This document shows, piece after piece, positions 19,773-29,917 of a DNA stretch of 64,000 bases (positions within the stretch are counted from its first letter, which is position 1; each line of letters opens with the position of its first letter). Both the position numbers and the translations under genes were made by a program. Source of the DNA: a virus; the IMG/VR virus record IMGVR_UViG_3300009159_000048, positions 1 to 64,000 of that record, one strand, 5' to 3'. The notes beneath the pieces were generated by a model. It was not told the origin of the DNA. It did no database searches and saw only the letters and a list, made by a program, of their open reading frames with translations.

Positions 19773-22319
19773 TTAAGCTCCACAAGCCAAACAATCGTCT
19801 GGGTTATCAAGTGAACACGAGATTTCAGACATTTGGTCTTCAACTGATTTCTTAGACTCTTCTTGAACAGTGAACTTAACAGCATCTGATGCTGATTTGT
19901 TTCTCAAGTAGTAGATACCAGTTTTTAGATTGTTTTTCTTTTCTCTATAGAATCTTGGTTTACCATCTTTATCATAAACAACTTCAATATTATCTCCTTG
20001 TGGAATAATTGGTTGTCCATTAGAATCCATCATAAAGTTTCTACGACCCCATCCATAAAAGTGCATTGAAGTTAATTTAGCAAAATTAGGAGAATCCATA
20101 AAGATATTCATTGATTGTGTTTGGTCAATGAAAGCTCCTCTATCAGCAGCCATATCAATAACATCTTTTTGTTTAATCTCATAAACAGTTTTGTAAATCT
20201 CTTTCAAACTAGTTGGTACTTCTTGAATATTCTGAACAGATCCATTTTCAACAACAATCTTTCTTCTTAAATCATCACTCCAAACTCCTAACTTAACTAA
20301 TTCCTTAACTAAGTATTTGTTTACTAAGATAAATGTACCAGAAAGAACACCTCTTGTGTACATATTTGATGTTTGTGCCTCACAAGATGCTTCATTACCT
20401 AAGATAGATGCTGTAGAAGCAGTTGGCATGATACAAGTTGTTAAAGAGTTTCTAACACCGTGTTTCTTAATGTCTTCTCTTAATTTATCCCAATCCCATC
20501 TTTTAGTAGGTTTAGTATGCCATAAATCAAATTGGAAATTACCTTGAGAAATTGGAGAACCTTTATATGTTGGATAAACACCTTGTTCTTTAGCTAAATC
20601 ACAAGAAGCTTTCATCGTAGCGTAATAGATAGTTTCAAATATCTCTTTGTTTATAACTTTTGCTTCTTCTGAATCATAAGAAATACCAGTCATAAAGAAT
20701 ACGTCTGCTAATCCTTGAACACCTAATCCAATAGGTCTGTGTAATAGGTTAGAGAATCTAGCCGCCTCAGATGGATAATAATTAACATCAATTACATTAT
20801 TCAAGTTAATAGTAGCTGAATAAGCAACTTCATACAATTTATTGTGATTATAAGTTTTATTTTTATTAACAAACTTAGGGAGAGCGATTGAAGCCAAGTT
20901 ACAAACAGCAGTTTCATTCACAGATTCTCTACCATAGAAATCACCTAATCCAATACTTTCAAGTAATTCTTTATTATTAAGAATTTCTTTTTGTATTTTG
21001 GTGACACCTGTTGCCTCAACGATTTCAGCACATAAGTTAGAACTTCTAACAATACCAATGTTAGATTGATTAGATTTCTCATTGATAGAATCTTTATAAA
21101 GAATATAAGGAGTTCCTGTTTCAATTTGAGATTCTAAAATTTTATTCCAAACTTCTCTAGCTTTAAGAGTTCTCTTAACTTTACCTTCTTGTTCATACTT
21201 AATGTAAAGATTTCTAAATTCTTCACCGTAAGTTTCATTCAATCCAGCACACTCATGAGGACACATTAAAGACCAATCTTCATCTAAGTCAACTCTTTCC
21301 ATAAATAGGTCATTCATCCACATAGCTAAGAAAAGGTCACGAGCTCTAATCTCATCTTTACCTTGATTTTTTCTTAAATCTAAGAATTCCATAATATCAC
21401 CATGCCAAGGTTCCATATAAATAGCGATTGAACCTTTTCTTTTACCACCTCCTTGGTCAACCGCTCTTGCAGTTTCATTGAAGATTTTCAAGAAAGGTAT
21501 AATACCATTTGATGAACCATTTGTACCAGCGATATAAGTTCCCTTAGATCTAACTTTATTGAAAGAAATACCAATACCACCCGCGTTTTTAGAAATCTGA
21601 GCTGATTCTTTAAGAGTATTGAAAATACCTTCGATTGAATCAGATTCTGTGTCTAATAAGAAACAAGAAGACAATTGAGGTCTACCTGTACCAGAGTTGA
21701 ATAATGTTGGAGTTGCATGTGTGTAAAATCCTTCTGATAATGTGTTATATGTTTCGATAACTTTTTCAAGATTCTCACCCCATATCTGTAGAGCGGTTCT
21801 CATATACATATATTGAGGACGCTCAGCGACTCTGCCATTGATTTTCAACAAGTAAGATTTCTCTAAAGTTTTAAATCCAAAGTAGTCAAAGTTGTGGTCT
21901 CTAGAGTGAACGATCGCAGAGTCTAATTCATCAGCGTGTTTTTTGACAATGTTACGAAAATCCTCAGATACAATTGGTGAGTGTTTACCCGTATTAGGAT
22001 CCACATACTTATACAAATCAGAAACTGTTTCCGAAAAACTCTTCTTTGTTTCTTTGTGTAAAGCGGTGATTGCTAATCGAGCTGCCAATACCGAATAATC
22101 TGGGTGTTTTGTAGTCAACGAAGCCGCTGTTTCCATTGCTAATTGGTCTAACGTAGATGTTAAAATATCTGGAGCTACTCCCGCGATTACTTTTTGTGCT
22201 ACATCAAAAGGTGAAATCCACTTCTGATCCAATCCATAAGTTTGTTGAGTAATTCTGTCTAAAATTTTGTCTAACATTACCGGTTCTTTCTTTCCATTTC
22301 TTTTTATTACTTTTATCAT
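19773..22319 (-). CDS. nrdA: Ribonucleotide reductase class I large subunit with ATP cone
   Basis: VIKRNG ATP cone, ATPTLFN, SSCFL, SNLCAEI, MPTAS, KTGIYYLR and C-terminal CxxC. Confidence 0.95.
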   Translation of the reverse strand: MIKVIKRNGKKEPVMLDKILDRITQQTYGLDQKWISPFDVAQKVIAGVAPDILTSTLDQLAMETAASLTTKHPDYSVLAARLAITALHKETKKSFSETVSDLYKYVDPNTGKHSPIVSEDFRNIVKKHADELDSAIVHSRDHNFDYFGFKTLEKSYLLKINGRVAERPQYMYMRTALQIWGENLEKVIETYNTLSEGFYTHATPTLFNSGTGRPQLSSCFLLDTESDSIEGIFNTLKESAQISKNAGGIGISFNKVRSKGTYIAGTNGSSNGIIPFLKIFNETARAVDQGGGKRKGSIAIYMEPWHGDIMEFLDLRKNQGKDEIRARDLFLAMWMNDLFMERVDLDEDWSLMCPHECAGLNETYGEEFRNLYIKYEQEGKVKRTLKAREVWNKILESQIETGTPYILYKDSINEKSNQSNIGIVRSSNLCAEIVEATGVTKIQKEILNNKELLESIGLGDFYGRESVNETAVCNLASIALPKFVNKNKTYNHNKLYEVAYSATINLNNVIDVNYYPSEAARFSNLLHRPIGLGVQGLADVFFMTGISYDSEEAKVINKEIFETIYYATMKASCDLAKEQGVYPTYKGSPISQGNFQFDLWHTKPTKRWDWDKLREDIKKHGVRNSLTTCIMPTASTASILGNEASCEAQTSNMYTRGVLSGTFILVNKYLVKELVKLGVWSDDLRRKIVVENGSVQNIQEVPTSLKEIYKTVYEIKQKDVIDMAADRGAFIDQTQSMNIFMDSPNFAKLTSMHFYGWGRRNFMMDSNGQPIIPQGDNIEVVYDKDGKPRFYREKKNNLKTGIYYLRNKSASDAVKFTVQEESKKSVEDQMSEISCSLDNPDDCLACGA

Positions 22320-22440
22320 GCTTATTATTTAATTTTTTTTGTTTGTTATATATTGTTGTTGTTTTATATCCAAAAAACTTCAAAATTGATTTTTAAGAGG
22401 TTTTTTATATTGACAATTTTTAATTTTTTTCAATTAGTTT

Positions 22441-23403
22441 TTACAAAAAGTCTATGTTGTTTAATTTATTTAAGTTATACTTAAATTTAGTATTATTTAA
22501 AATTTTTGTTATTTTTTCCAATTCAACTTCATAAATATTTTCATAAGAATCTACTTTAAATACTGAAGATTCATAATCAGTTTCTATCACAACTCCAGTG
22601 ATAAGTTTCTCTTCTTCAAACTCATCAATCCAAAGAAATTCTATTTCTGTACCTTGGTAAATATTTCTATTTGTAATTTCTTTTGAGTTTTGAGTTTTAC
22701 CAATATGGTCTTGTAATTCTGAAATAATTAAATTTCTCCATTTGTTATCTAATAACTTAAACATATTGAATAGATTATCAGAGAAGTAAATAGCTAACTC
22801 ATTGAATAATTCAATATTTGTAAAACTCTCATCTTTTAAGTCACCTTTTAATAACGAGTAATAATTGTTAAAATCGACTCTAGATGGCTTTCTTCTATTA
22901 TTAAGAAAGTTAATAGAAGTGTTTTGTTTTAATACATCATAAACTCTTTCTTTAACCAACTTAGCTCTTACATAAGACTCATTGTCAATAGATTCGGTGT
23001 GATAAGATGATGATTTATCTACTTCAATGCTATCTTTTCGATAGTTAACATAACCATCCAAAGAATCATCTTCTGTATTTTCTTCTTTTTTACCCTTAAA
23101 AATAGAATCATATTTTAATGAGTGTTTACCTTCGATTTTGTGTTTAGATAAAACAATACTCTCATCCTCTTCTGTGGTCGGTTTTGGTTCATCTTCCTCG
23201 GTTAATTCCAATTCATCTTCATCAATTTCAATTATGATATCCATATCAGAATCATCCTCTAGTAGTAAAGAATCACTATCCGAGTCTTCATCTTCCGATT
23301 CATCAGAATCCGGTTCATCCACAAATTCAGAACTTGATTCTTCATTTTCATTATCGAAGTCAGAGTCGAAGTCTTCTTCATCGTCTATACGCTTTTTTGC
23401 CAT
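22441..23403 (-). CDS. Hypothetical protein with long acidic N-terminus
   Basis: 320 aa; lies between the helicase and nrdA. Confidence 0.7.
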   Translation of the reverse strand: MAKKRIDDEEDFDSDFDNENEESSSEFVDEPDSDESEDEDSDSDSLLLEDDSDMDIIIEIDEDELELTEEDEPKPTTEEDESIVLSKHKIEGKHSLKYDSIFKGKKEENTEDDSLDGYVNYRKDSIEVDKSSSYHTESIDNESYVRAKLVKERVYDVLKQNTSINFLNNRRKPSRVDFNNYYSLLKGDLKDESFTNIELFNELAIYFSDNLFNMFKLLDNKWRNLIISELQDHIGKTQNSKEITNRNIYQGTEIEFLWIDEFEEEKLITGVVIETDYESSVFKVDSYENIYEVELEKITKILNNTKFKYNLNKLNNIDFL

Positions 23404-23444
23404 AGAAAAATTTTTATTTTTATATAATCCTAAAATTATTTTGT

Positions 23445-24773
23445 TTATTGATCTAAAAACTGATCATTCTCAAGTGTTAGGTAAGTTGAGTTGAGATTAA
23501 TCCTTATCTGTGATTTCAAGAAATCACCATCTCTTTGTTTCAGTAATTTAAATCTGAATAAATTTTGCCTTTTCATTTCTTCTGTTCTAATTATAGCAAA
23601 AAATGTATCAGCAGTCTCAGCAATTGCCTTAGATTCAGGAACACTTTCTAATGTAATATCAGATGAGTTCCAAGCATCTTTTGCAACTTGAACACCAGTA
23701 ATAACTGGACATTGATATTTTGCTCCTAATGCTCTTAATCCCTCTGCTAAGTGTTTACCCTTAGTGTAAAGATTATCAGCACCTAATCCTTTAGGAGCAG
23801 CGACTAATGTTATATAATCAACTATGATTAAGTCTATCTTTATATCTCTTTTTTCTTTTAACTTCTGAATATAATTATCAAAGTCAGCAACTGTAGCCGT
23901 ACCAGCCGCCCAAAATTTACTCATAATCTTACCAACTTTCTTATCAAAAATATCACCACCTTCTGAATGACTCAAAGCAGTGATTTTCTTTTTGATTAAA
24001 TCAGTATCTTTTGATACTGTATCATAATCATTGATAGGAATTTTAAGTCTCATAGCTCCTAATCTTTTCATGACCTTTCTCTCACTCATTTCAAGTGTTA
24101 TGTAAAGAACATTATAACCAGAATCTGCTGATTTAACAGCAAAATTTTGCATCCATAAAGACTTACCATTATTAGTTTCAGCCATAATACAATTAAGTGT
24201 TTGTATATCCCAACCACCACCTAACATATGGTCTAATGTTTCAAAACCACTTCTGATTTTAAATTTAGAACTATCCTGAACGTGTACCTCCGGGTCGTCA
24301 AAGTCAGCACCCATATCTTCATCTTGTACGAAATTTAATGAAGACATTTCATTAACGATAGATTTTATTTTATCAGCGGCTTCAATTGCCTTTTCAAAGT
24401 CAGAGATACTATCAAGATTTCGAGTCTCATCAATAATATCAACAGTTCCAGTTTTTAGTCTATTAGAAAGAACCCAAGCATTAAACTTAGGCTCGATGAA
24501 TTGTTTTTCATCGTATTCTTTTAAGTCTACATGAAGTATTGATTTTAAGATTTCTTTTGTGATGATTCCTTCTTTATCTTCTAAGTTGACCATGTCAAGT
24601 ATCTGTCTAGGAGTAGGAACAGCAATATCAGATGACTGAACCATATAACTTCTAACAACACCATAAACAAATTGTATTTCAGAATTTCTGAAAAAATATG
24701 GTTTAACTACATCAAAAAACTTTTTGTACTTTAGAATATAATTGAAGAAAACTTTCTCTAACTGAGGGGTCAT
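23445..24773 (-). CDS. Replicative DNA helicase (T4 gp41/DnaB family)
   Basis: AETNNGKS Walker A, YITLEM, IVDY, ESKAIAETAD and KQRDG. Confidence 0.9.
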   Translation of the reverse strand: MTPQLEKVFFNYILKYKKFFDVVKPYFFRNSEIQFVYGVVRSYMVQSSDIAVPTPRQILDMVNLEDKEGIITKEILKSILHVDLKEYDEKQFIEPKFNAWVLSNRLKTGTVDIIDETRNLDSISDFEKAIEAADKIKSIVNEMSSLNFVQDEDMGADFDDPEVHVQDSSKFKIRSGFETLDHMLGGGWDIQTLNCIMAETNNGKSLWMQNFAVKSADSGYNVLYITLEMSERKVMKRLGAMRLKIPINDYDTVSKDTDLIKKKITALSHSEGGDIFDKKVGKIMSKFWAAGTATVADFDNYIQKLKEKRDIKIDLIIVDYITLVAAPKGLGADNLYTKGKHLAEGLRALGAKYQCPVITGVQVAKDAWNSSDITLESVPESKAIAETADTFFAIIRTEEMKRQNLFRFKLLKQRDGDFLKSQIRINLNSTYLTLENDQFLDQ

Positions 24774-24825
24774 TAATTAATAATTTTTTCTTATTGTTAT
24801 ATGAAATCAAATTATTAAGTTTATT

Positions 24826-25629
24826 TTATTGCTCTTTGATTAAGTCACCCTCTTCAGAACTCGTTGCATCTCCAAAAGTCATGTCTCCAAATTTTTGTAT
24901 TAATGGCGTCTCGATCTCATCAATGACTTCTTTAGCTACTTTATCTCCAATTCCTAGTTTAGACTTAATTTTTTTAATCAAATCAATTATACCATGTTTA
25001 GCAATTATTGTACCAACACCTACACCAAGACCAATAAAGTTCTGAGGTAAAGTTTCTAAATTTAAATCATATTTACCTATCAAATAAAGTACACCATTCA
25101 TTATTGGAATAAACATTGAAGTATAAGCAAACATATCAATAAATCCACCAACAACAGCTCCTATGTGTTTCGTGATTAAGTAAAATATTGGTTTTACAGA
25201 TTTTAGAGATTTAATAAGCTTTTTAATTATACCATTACCAACTCCTCTCATTTTTAGTTCTTCGAGTAATGATTTAGAATCATTGGTAATAGAATCCTCT
25301 TCTTTCTCATCTTTGTATTTTCTTTCTTCAAGATATATAATAGAAATTGCAGCAATTGTCATCATTACTATAATCTCTGGTGTCTTTTCTATTTCTAGTG
25401 AAGTATTTCTGATTATAGCGTCTACAATAGGATAAAAAGATCCAATACCAGCACCAAAAGTTGCAATAAGTCTAAAGTTTAATTTTAAATCTGAAATGAT
25501 TTTGTTTTGGAGGCTAACATATTCATTATCTAAATTATCTGATTCATTTAATAAACCATCCAAAGCATTTATAAATTCCAACGCTAATTCTTCATTATGT
25601 AAGTCGCTATATCTTTTTATCCTATTCAT
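24826..25629 (-). CDS. Hypothetical membrane protein
   Basis: Several hydrophobic segments; MNRIKRYSDLHNEE leader. Confidence 0.65.
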   Translation of the reverse strand: MNRIKRYSDLHNEELALEFINALDGLLNESDNLDNEYVSLQNKIISDLKLNFRLIATFGAGIGSFYPIVDAIIRNTSLEIEKTPEIIVMMTIAAISIIYLEERKYKDEKEEDSITNDSKSLLEELKMRGVGNGIIKKLIKSLKSVKPIFYLITKHIGAVVGGFIDMFAYTSMFIPIMNGVLYLIGKYDLNLETLPQNFIGLGVGVGTIIAKHGIIDLIKKIKSKLGIGDKVAKEVIDEIETPLIQKFGDMTFGDATSSEEGDLIKEQ

Positions 25630-25655
25630 AAACTATATATTAATTTCAATTTTTA

Positions 25656-26609
25656 TTAATCTACTTCTTCATAATCTGAGTTAAATTCCTCATATCCACC
25701 TTCAACGTCAGTTAACTTAAAGTATTTACCTTCTGGTTCGTAATTCATAGCCCACTCACCTTGAGCATAATAAAATGTATCCATATAAGGAAATCCATCT
25801 TCACTAAATTTAAATACATCAGGAACTCTTATTTTAGTTAATAAATGATTTTCTTCTCCATCTTTAACAAAGGCAGAACAACCACTTATATTTCTTTTTT
25901 TATAATACCAACCATTATTTTGAGCATATCTAACAAATTTATGATAATCTTTATCATACACATAATAAACTCTATCCATAATAGTTCTATTCATATGGTC
26001 TATCCAAAATAAAGCTCTTCCTAAAATCTCATCGTTATCATTTAATAAAACCAAAATACTACAAGTAGGACAATATCCATAAAACTCAACCAGATTTAGT
26101 TCATCATTCATACAAGAGTTTATAAGAGGATTAGATCTATCTTCACCAAAGTGATAAAAATTAGACTTGTATGTGTTTTTAATATCTGTTCCTGTGAATA
26201 TTTCAAATCTTGAATTATCATCTACTGAAGACTTCCATTTATTTACAAAATCTTCAACAGATTTATCCGTGAATGTACTCGGAAAAAACTTATGTATAAA
26301 TCTACCGACTTTTATATCAGTTCGATTTTTTTCCCATAACTCATCATTAGACTTTATTGTTCTAATATCACCTTGATATGATGATAACTTATGAGAGTCT
26401 GTGTAAGATATTGTATCATCTGTGTTACCAACAGATATCAAAGTATATTCTTTATAAGCATTAGAATCATATAGTTGCTTAAATGCGGATGATATAAAAG
26501 AATTTCCAATGTTGTCCAATTTTATCATAAATTCATCCGAAAATACTACTGGTAAAACTATTTTTGTTTTTGATTCACTGATAAAGTCTAAATATCTGAA
26601 CAATTTCAT
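25656..26609 (-). CDS. Conserved-type phage hypothetical protein
   Basis: NSCM, GRALFW, MDRVY and FPYMDTF motifs; MKLFRYLDFISES leader. Confidence 0.65.
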   Translation of the reverse strand: MKLFRYLDFISESKTKIVLPVVFSDEFMIKLDNIGNSFISSAFKQLYDSNAYKEYTLISVGNTDDTISYTDSHKLSSYQGDIRTIKSNDELWEKNRTDIKVGRFIHKFFPSTFTDKSVEDFVNKWKSSVDDNSRFEIFTGTDIKNTYKSNFYHFGEDRSNPLINSCMNDELNLVEFYGYCPTCSILVLLNDNDEILGRALFWIDHMNRTIMDRVYYVYDKDYHKFVRYAQNNGWYYKKRNISGCSAFVKDGEENHLLTKIRVPDVFKFSEDGFPYMDTFYYAQGEWAMNYEPEGKYFKLTDVEGGYEEFNSDYEEVD

Positions 26610-26683
26610 ATTATATATATTAAATACAGAAAAATGAAATTAAAACTTAATATATATAATTACAGAAAAAAATAATACACCTT

Positions 26684-27277
26684 ATGAAATACCTTAAAAA
26701 ATTCGAAAGCTTTGACCAATCACTGAATCTTGGAAGATTCTCCGAAGAGGAAGAAGAGTTAAACATGAATCCTAACATGATGGAAGAAGAGGAAGAAGAG
26801 TGTGCAACTTGTTCTGATGATGAGGATGAAGATGATAATTATGATGAATACACTTTTTCAAGTGAACTTGAAAATGATGATGATAATGACGATGAGGATG
26901 AAGATGATGAGGATGTACAAGCTCATAGAATCAGAAGATGGGGTGACGAAGTTGTTGAAAAGAAAAAGGTAAATGCGGGTCTTCAAGCTTATTTAGATAA
27001 GAAAGCAGGTAAAAAAGAAGATAAGAAAGAAGATAAGAAAGAAACCGGAAAATCAACTGAAAAAGAAACAACTTATGGTAAATCAGAACTCAAAAATCCA
27101 GAAAAGGCGGATTTAAACAAGAATAAAAAAATATCTGGTTACGAAAAAGCGAGAGGAAAAGCTATTCAGAACGCAGTTCAGGATGAAAAAGAAGAAAAAA
27201 GTGGTAAAGGTTTGACTGCAGCACAAAAGAAACTTCCAGCTGGTTTACAAAAAGCTATCGCGGCTAAAAAGAAATAA
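26684..27277 (+). CDS. Low-complexity acidic/basic protein, possible prohead core or internal protein
   Basis: MKYLKKFES leader; D/E tract, then K-rich tail with DLNKNKKISGYE and LTAAQKKLP. Confidence 0.6.
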   Translation: MKYLKKFESFDQSLNLGRFSEEEEELNMNPNMMEEEEEECATCSDDEDEDDNYDEYTFSSELENDDDNDDEDEDDEDVQAHRIRRWGDEVVEKKKVNAGLQAYLDKKAGKKEDKKEDKKETGKSTEKETTYGKSELKNPEKADLNKNKKISGYEKARGKAIQNAVQDEKEEKSGKGLTAAQKKLPAGLQKAIAAKKK

Positions 27278-27292
27278 TCTTAATATAAAATT

Positions 27293-27321
27293 AAAAACCC
27301 ACCAATCGGTGGGTTTTTTTT
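27293..27321. terminator. Bidirectional intrinsic terminator
   Basis: AAAAACCCACC-AATC-GGTGGGTTTTT. Confidence 0.8.
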
Positions 27322-28987
27322 ATGCCTTAACATTAACATTTATCTTTTTAATAGCTTCTTGAATCCATTCAGGAATAAAATGAGAAGAGTGTTTCATCAC
27401 ATCACCAAATCCACCATCAATAATAATAGTATCTGCGTAATCCATATCAGATCTAACAGGACGACCAGTCATTTGTATCAAACCAGCAACTGTTTTCCAA
27501 GAATACCAATCAGGATTATTAGACTGTCTTAGTTTATTTTTTTGAGAACCAAGACTTGGATAAGGAACTTTAGCAATAATCTGAAATCGAGCATCATCAT
27601 TATCAAAACTAACACCGGTATCCATCGACGGACTAACAATAACTGTTGGTTTATCAGACTCTTTATGAAATTTCAACATTTCGTCTTTATTAGAAGAATC
27701 ATGAAATATCAATCTAGGATCCTTAATTGAGTTTTCTATCCATTTAGCCAACTCAAATGAGTTAGTATGAATAATACCTTTTTTATTCTTATACTTATCC
27801 AATAACTTCTTTATATAAGGAATATATTTCTTAAATGTTTCTTCTTTTGACTTATAAGACATCTTACCCAATGGCATATAAAAGATAGGTCTGTTTCTTA
27901 ATGGAAAAGGAGATGGTATAGAGTAGTAAACTGCTTTACTAACATCAAGACCATTAAGTTGACAAAATAAATTTTTATCAAGTATTGTACCAGACATTAA
28001 AAAAACCATATCATACTGAGAGAAAACATACTTATCAAGGTAATCGTAAGCCCAAATAGGCTCAAGTGATAACTCTTTTTGTCTTGTCTTTTCATTCCAA
28101 TTAGATTCAAGTACCCAATTATTTGTATTTTCTTTATACTCTTTAAGAAAAACCTCAATCTTCAACTGATACTGTTTTAAGTCAGTAACCAATTGCATCA
28201 CCTTAACATCGGTATTTTTTGTTTTCAATAATTTAGATATCTTTAGATCTCGTTTATCTTCTCTTATGTTTCTTCTTTGAGTAGAAAGACCACCTTCCAT
28301 TTGTTCAACAGTTGTAACAATCTCACCAGATAAGTATTTTAGAAAATCGACATAATCCAAGATAGAAGACACAGATTTAAGTTTTTTAATAACTTCACTT
28401 TCATTTGAGAACTTAAACTTCTTTACGACTGTTTCGGTTATCTTGATACTAATAAAGTCAGACATAACATCATCAAACTCGTGAGATTCATCTACAATCA
28501 AAACTCTAGCATCTCTACTTTCCATTAATTTTGGATTATAAATAGAATAAAGAATGTATAAATAGAAATTGGTTAGTGAAATACCACCACTAATAAAATT
28601 TTCTCTAGAGTATGAGTAAGGACAAGACTCACAAGAAGTTTTATTTAATCTATTAAATTCCGAACCCTGAGCACAAGAACAAGAATAAGACTCACATTCG
28701 TAATTATCTTTACCTTTTAAGTCAGAAATTGATTCATAAGTACCAGAATATTGGTCTTGTAAAATCTTACTATTTGTAATTATATCTACTCTAGCTGTTT
28801 TATTAACATTTCTTTTATACCAATCAGATATCATAAGAGCCAAATGACTTTTACCAGAACCTACAGGTAAGTTCAGTAAAAAGAATTTGTTTGTTTTATT
28901 CTTTTGATACTCTGATTCTATGAAACTTAGGGCGTCTTTTTGTTCTTTTCGAGGTTTGTACTTAGACAAGTCTTTCTTTAATGACAT
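27320..28987 (-). CDS. DinG/XPD-like SF2 helicase
   Basis: Q motif PRKEQ, LPVGSGKS, Cys cluster (possible Fe-S), DESH, MSGT, KVPYP and QMTGRPVRS. Confidence 0.85.
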   Translation of the reverse strand: MSLKKDLSKYKPRKEQKDALSFIESEYQKNKTNKFFLLNLPVGSGKSHLALMISDWYKRNVNKTARVDIITNSKILQDQYSGTYESISDLKGKDNYECESYSCSCAQGSEFNRLNKTSCESCPYSYSRENFISGGISLTNFYLYILYSIYNPKLMESRDARVLIVDESHEFDDVMSDFISIKITETVVKKFKFSNESEVIKKLKSVSSILDYVDFLKYLSGEIVTTVEQMEGGLSTQRRNIREDKRDLKISKLLKTKNTDVKVMQLVTDLKQYQLKIEVFLKEYKENTNNWVLESNWNEKTRQKELSLEPIWAYDYLDKYVFSQYDMVFLMSGTILDKNLFCQLNGLDVSKAVYYSIPSPFPLRNRPIFYMPLGKMSYKSKEETFKKYIPYIKKLLDKYKNKKGIIHTNSFELAKWIENSIKDPRLIFHDSSNKDEMLKFHKESDKPTVIVSPSMDTGVSFDNDDARFQIIAKVPYPSLGSQKNKLRQSNNPDWYSWKTVAGLIQMTGRPVRSDMDYADTIIIDGGFGDVMKHSSHFIPEWIQEAIKKINVNVKA

Positions 28988-29094
28988 TAAATATAATTTT
29001 TTTTACATGAATTATACTTTTTTTTAGGTTTTTGTTTGGAAAATCGATTATTTGATGGTTTTTTATAATATATAAGTAAAACATCCTCAAAACC

Positions 29095-29274
29095 ATGATT
29101 ATACTACATTATGATGAGTTCGGCTCATATCTGACAACAGAAGACATCAGAGATTACATAATTTCACTTTTTAATGAAGGAATTAATACTGAAGAAGAAA
29201 TTTTAGATATGTGTATAGAAAACTTCGGATTCATGCATTTGTCTATGATAGAATCGGCATTATATGAAGACTAA
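29095..29274 (+). CDS. Small acidic hypothetical protein, 59 aa (not in the ORF track)
   Basis: MIILHYDEFGSYLTTEDIRDYI...SALYED; overlaps the next start. Confidence 0.45.
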   Translation: MIILHYDEFGSYLTTEDIRDYIISLFNEGINTEEEILDMCIENFGFMHLSMIESALYED

Positions 29275-29917
29275 CATATTAAACTTCACAGATTTTAGTA
29301 ATAATCAAACTTTATACGTCTTTGACTTTGACGATACATTAGTAAATACTCCAAGTTTTGAGGATAAAGCTAAAGAGTTTATTGGTGAAAATTTATCAAC
29401 AAAAGATCTTCTTATCAAAGCAGTAGATGAAATTGGTGTAAATCTTCTACAATTGAATTATCAAGATGGTAGAATTTACTTAAATGATCCAAAGGAACAA
29501 ATACCAGTAGGTAGAAATTGGGTGAGAAAAGGAAGTAGAATATATCTAATCACACCAGATGAATTTTGTTATACCGAAGATAGTTTACCAAATACATTAA
29601 AAGAATGGTCTGAACTTTATAAAAAAGTAGAAAACAAATGTATAGTTACAGCTAGACCAGAAGGTGTTAGACAAATGATAATTGATACACTTAGTAAGTT
29701 AGGATTAGAGTTACCAAAATATGGACTACATATGTTACCAAAAGGCAGATCGAATTCAGGAATTTGGAAAGGTGAGAAAATCGTTGAAATAGTAAACCAA
29801 ACAGAATTCAAAAAGGTTATATTCTTAGATGATAATCCTAAATATATTAAAAAAGCGACTAAGGTAGTAAAAGAAAAACTCCCAAATTTAATCTGGGAGC
29901 CAATAAGAGTTCATTAA
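29264..29917 (+). CDS. HAD-superfamily phosphatase
   Basis: FDFDDTL, VTAR, K and FLDDN HAD motifs I-IV. Confidence 0.75.
   Translation: MKTNILNFTDFSNNQTLYVFDFDDTLVNTPSFEDKAKEFIGENLSTKDLLIKAVDEIGVNLLQLNYQDGRIYLNDPKEQIPVGRNWVRKGSRIYLITPDEFCYTEDSLPNTLKEWSELYKKVENKCIVTARPEGVRQMIIDTLSKLGLELPKYGLHMLPKGRSNSGIWKGEKIVEIVNQTEFKKVIFLDDNPKYIKKATKVVKEKLPNLIWEPIRVH

Noticed and set aside
22339-22362. NrdR box upstream of nrdA
   Set aside because: CAACAATATATAACA is only a partial match and is explained equally well by the AATATATA promoter-like motif.
23138-23494. Ser-rich antisense ORFs (also 36108-36677, 31927-32343 and most other short opposite-strand ORFs in the track)
   Set aside because: They are shadows of Asp/Glu-rich or otherwise well-supported genes on the opposite strand.
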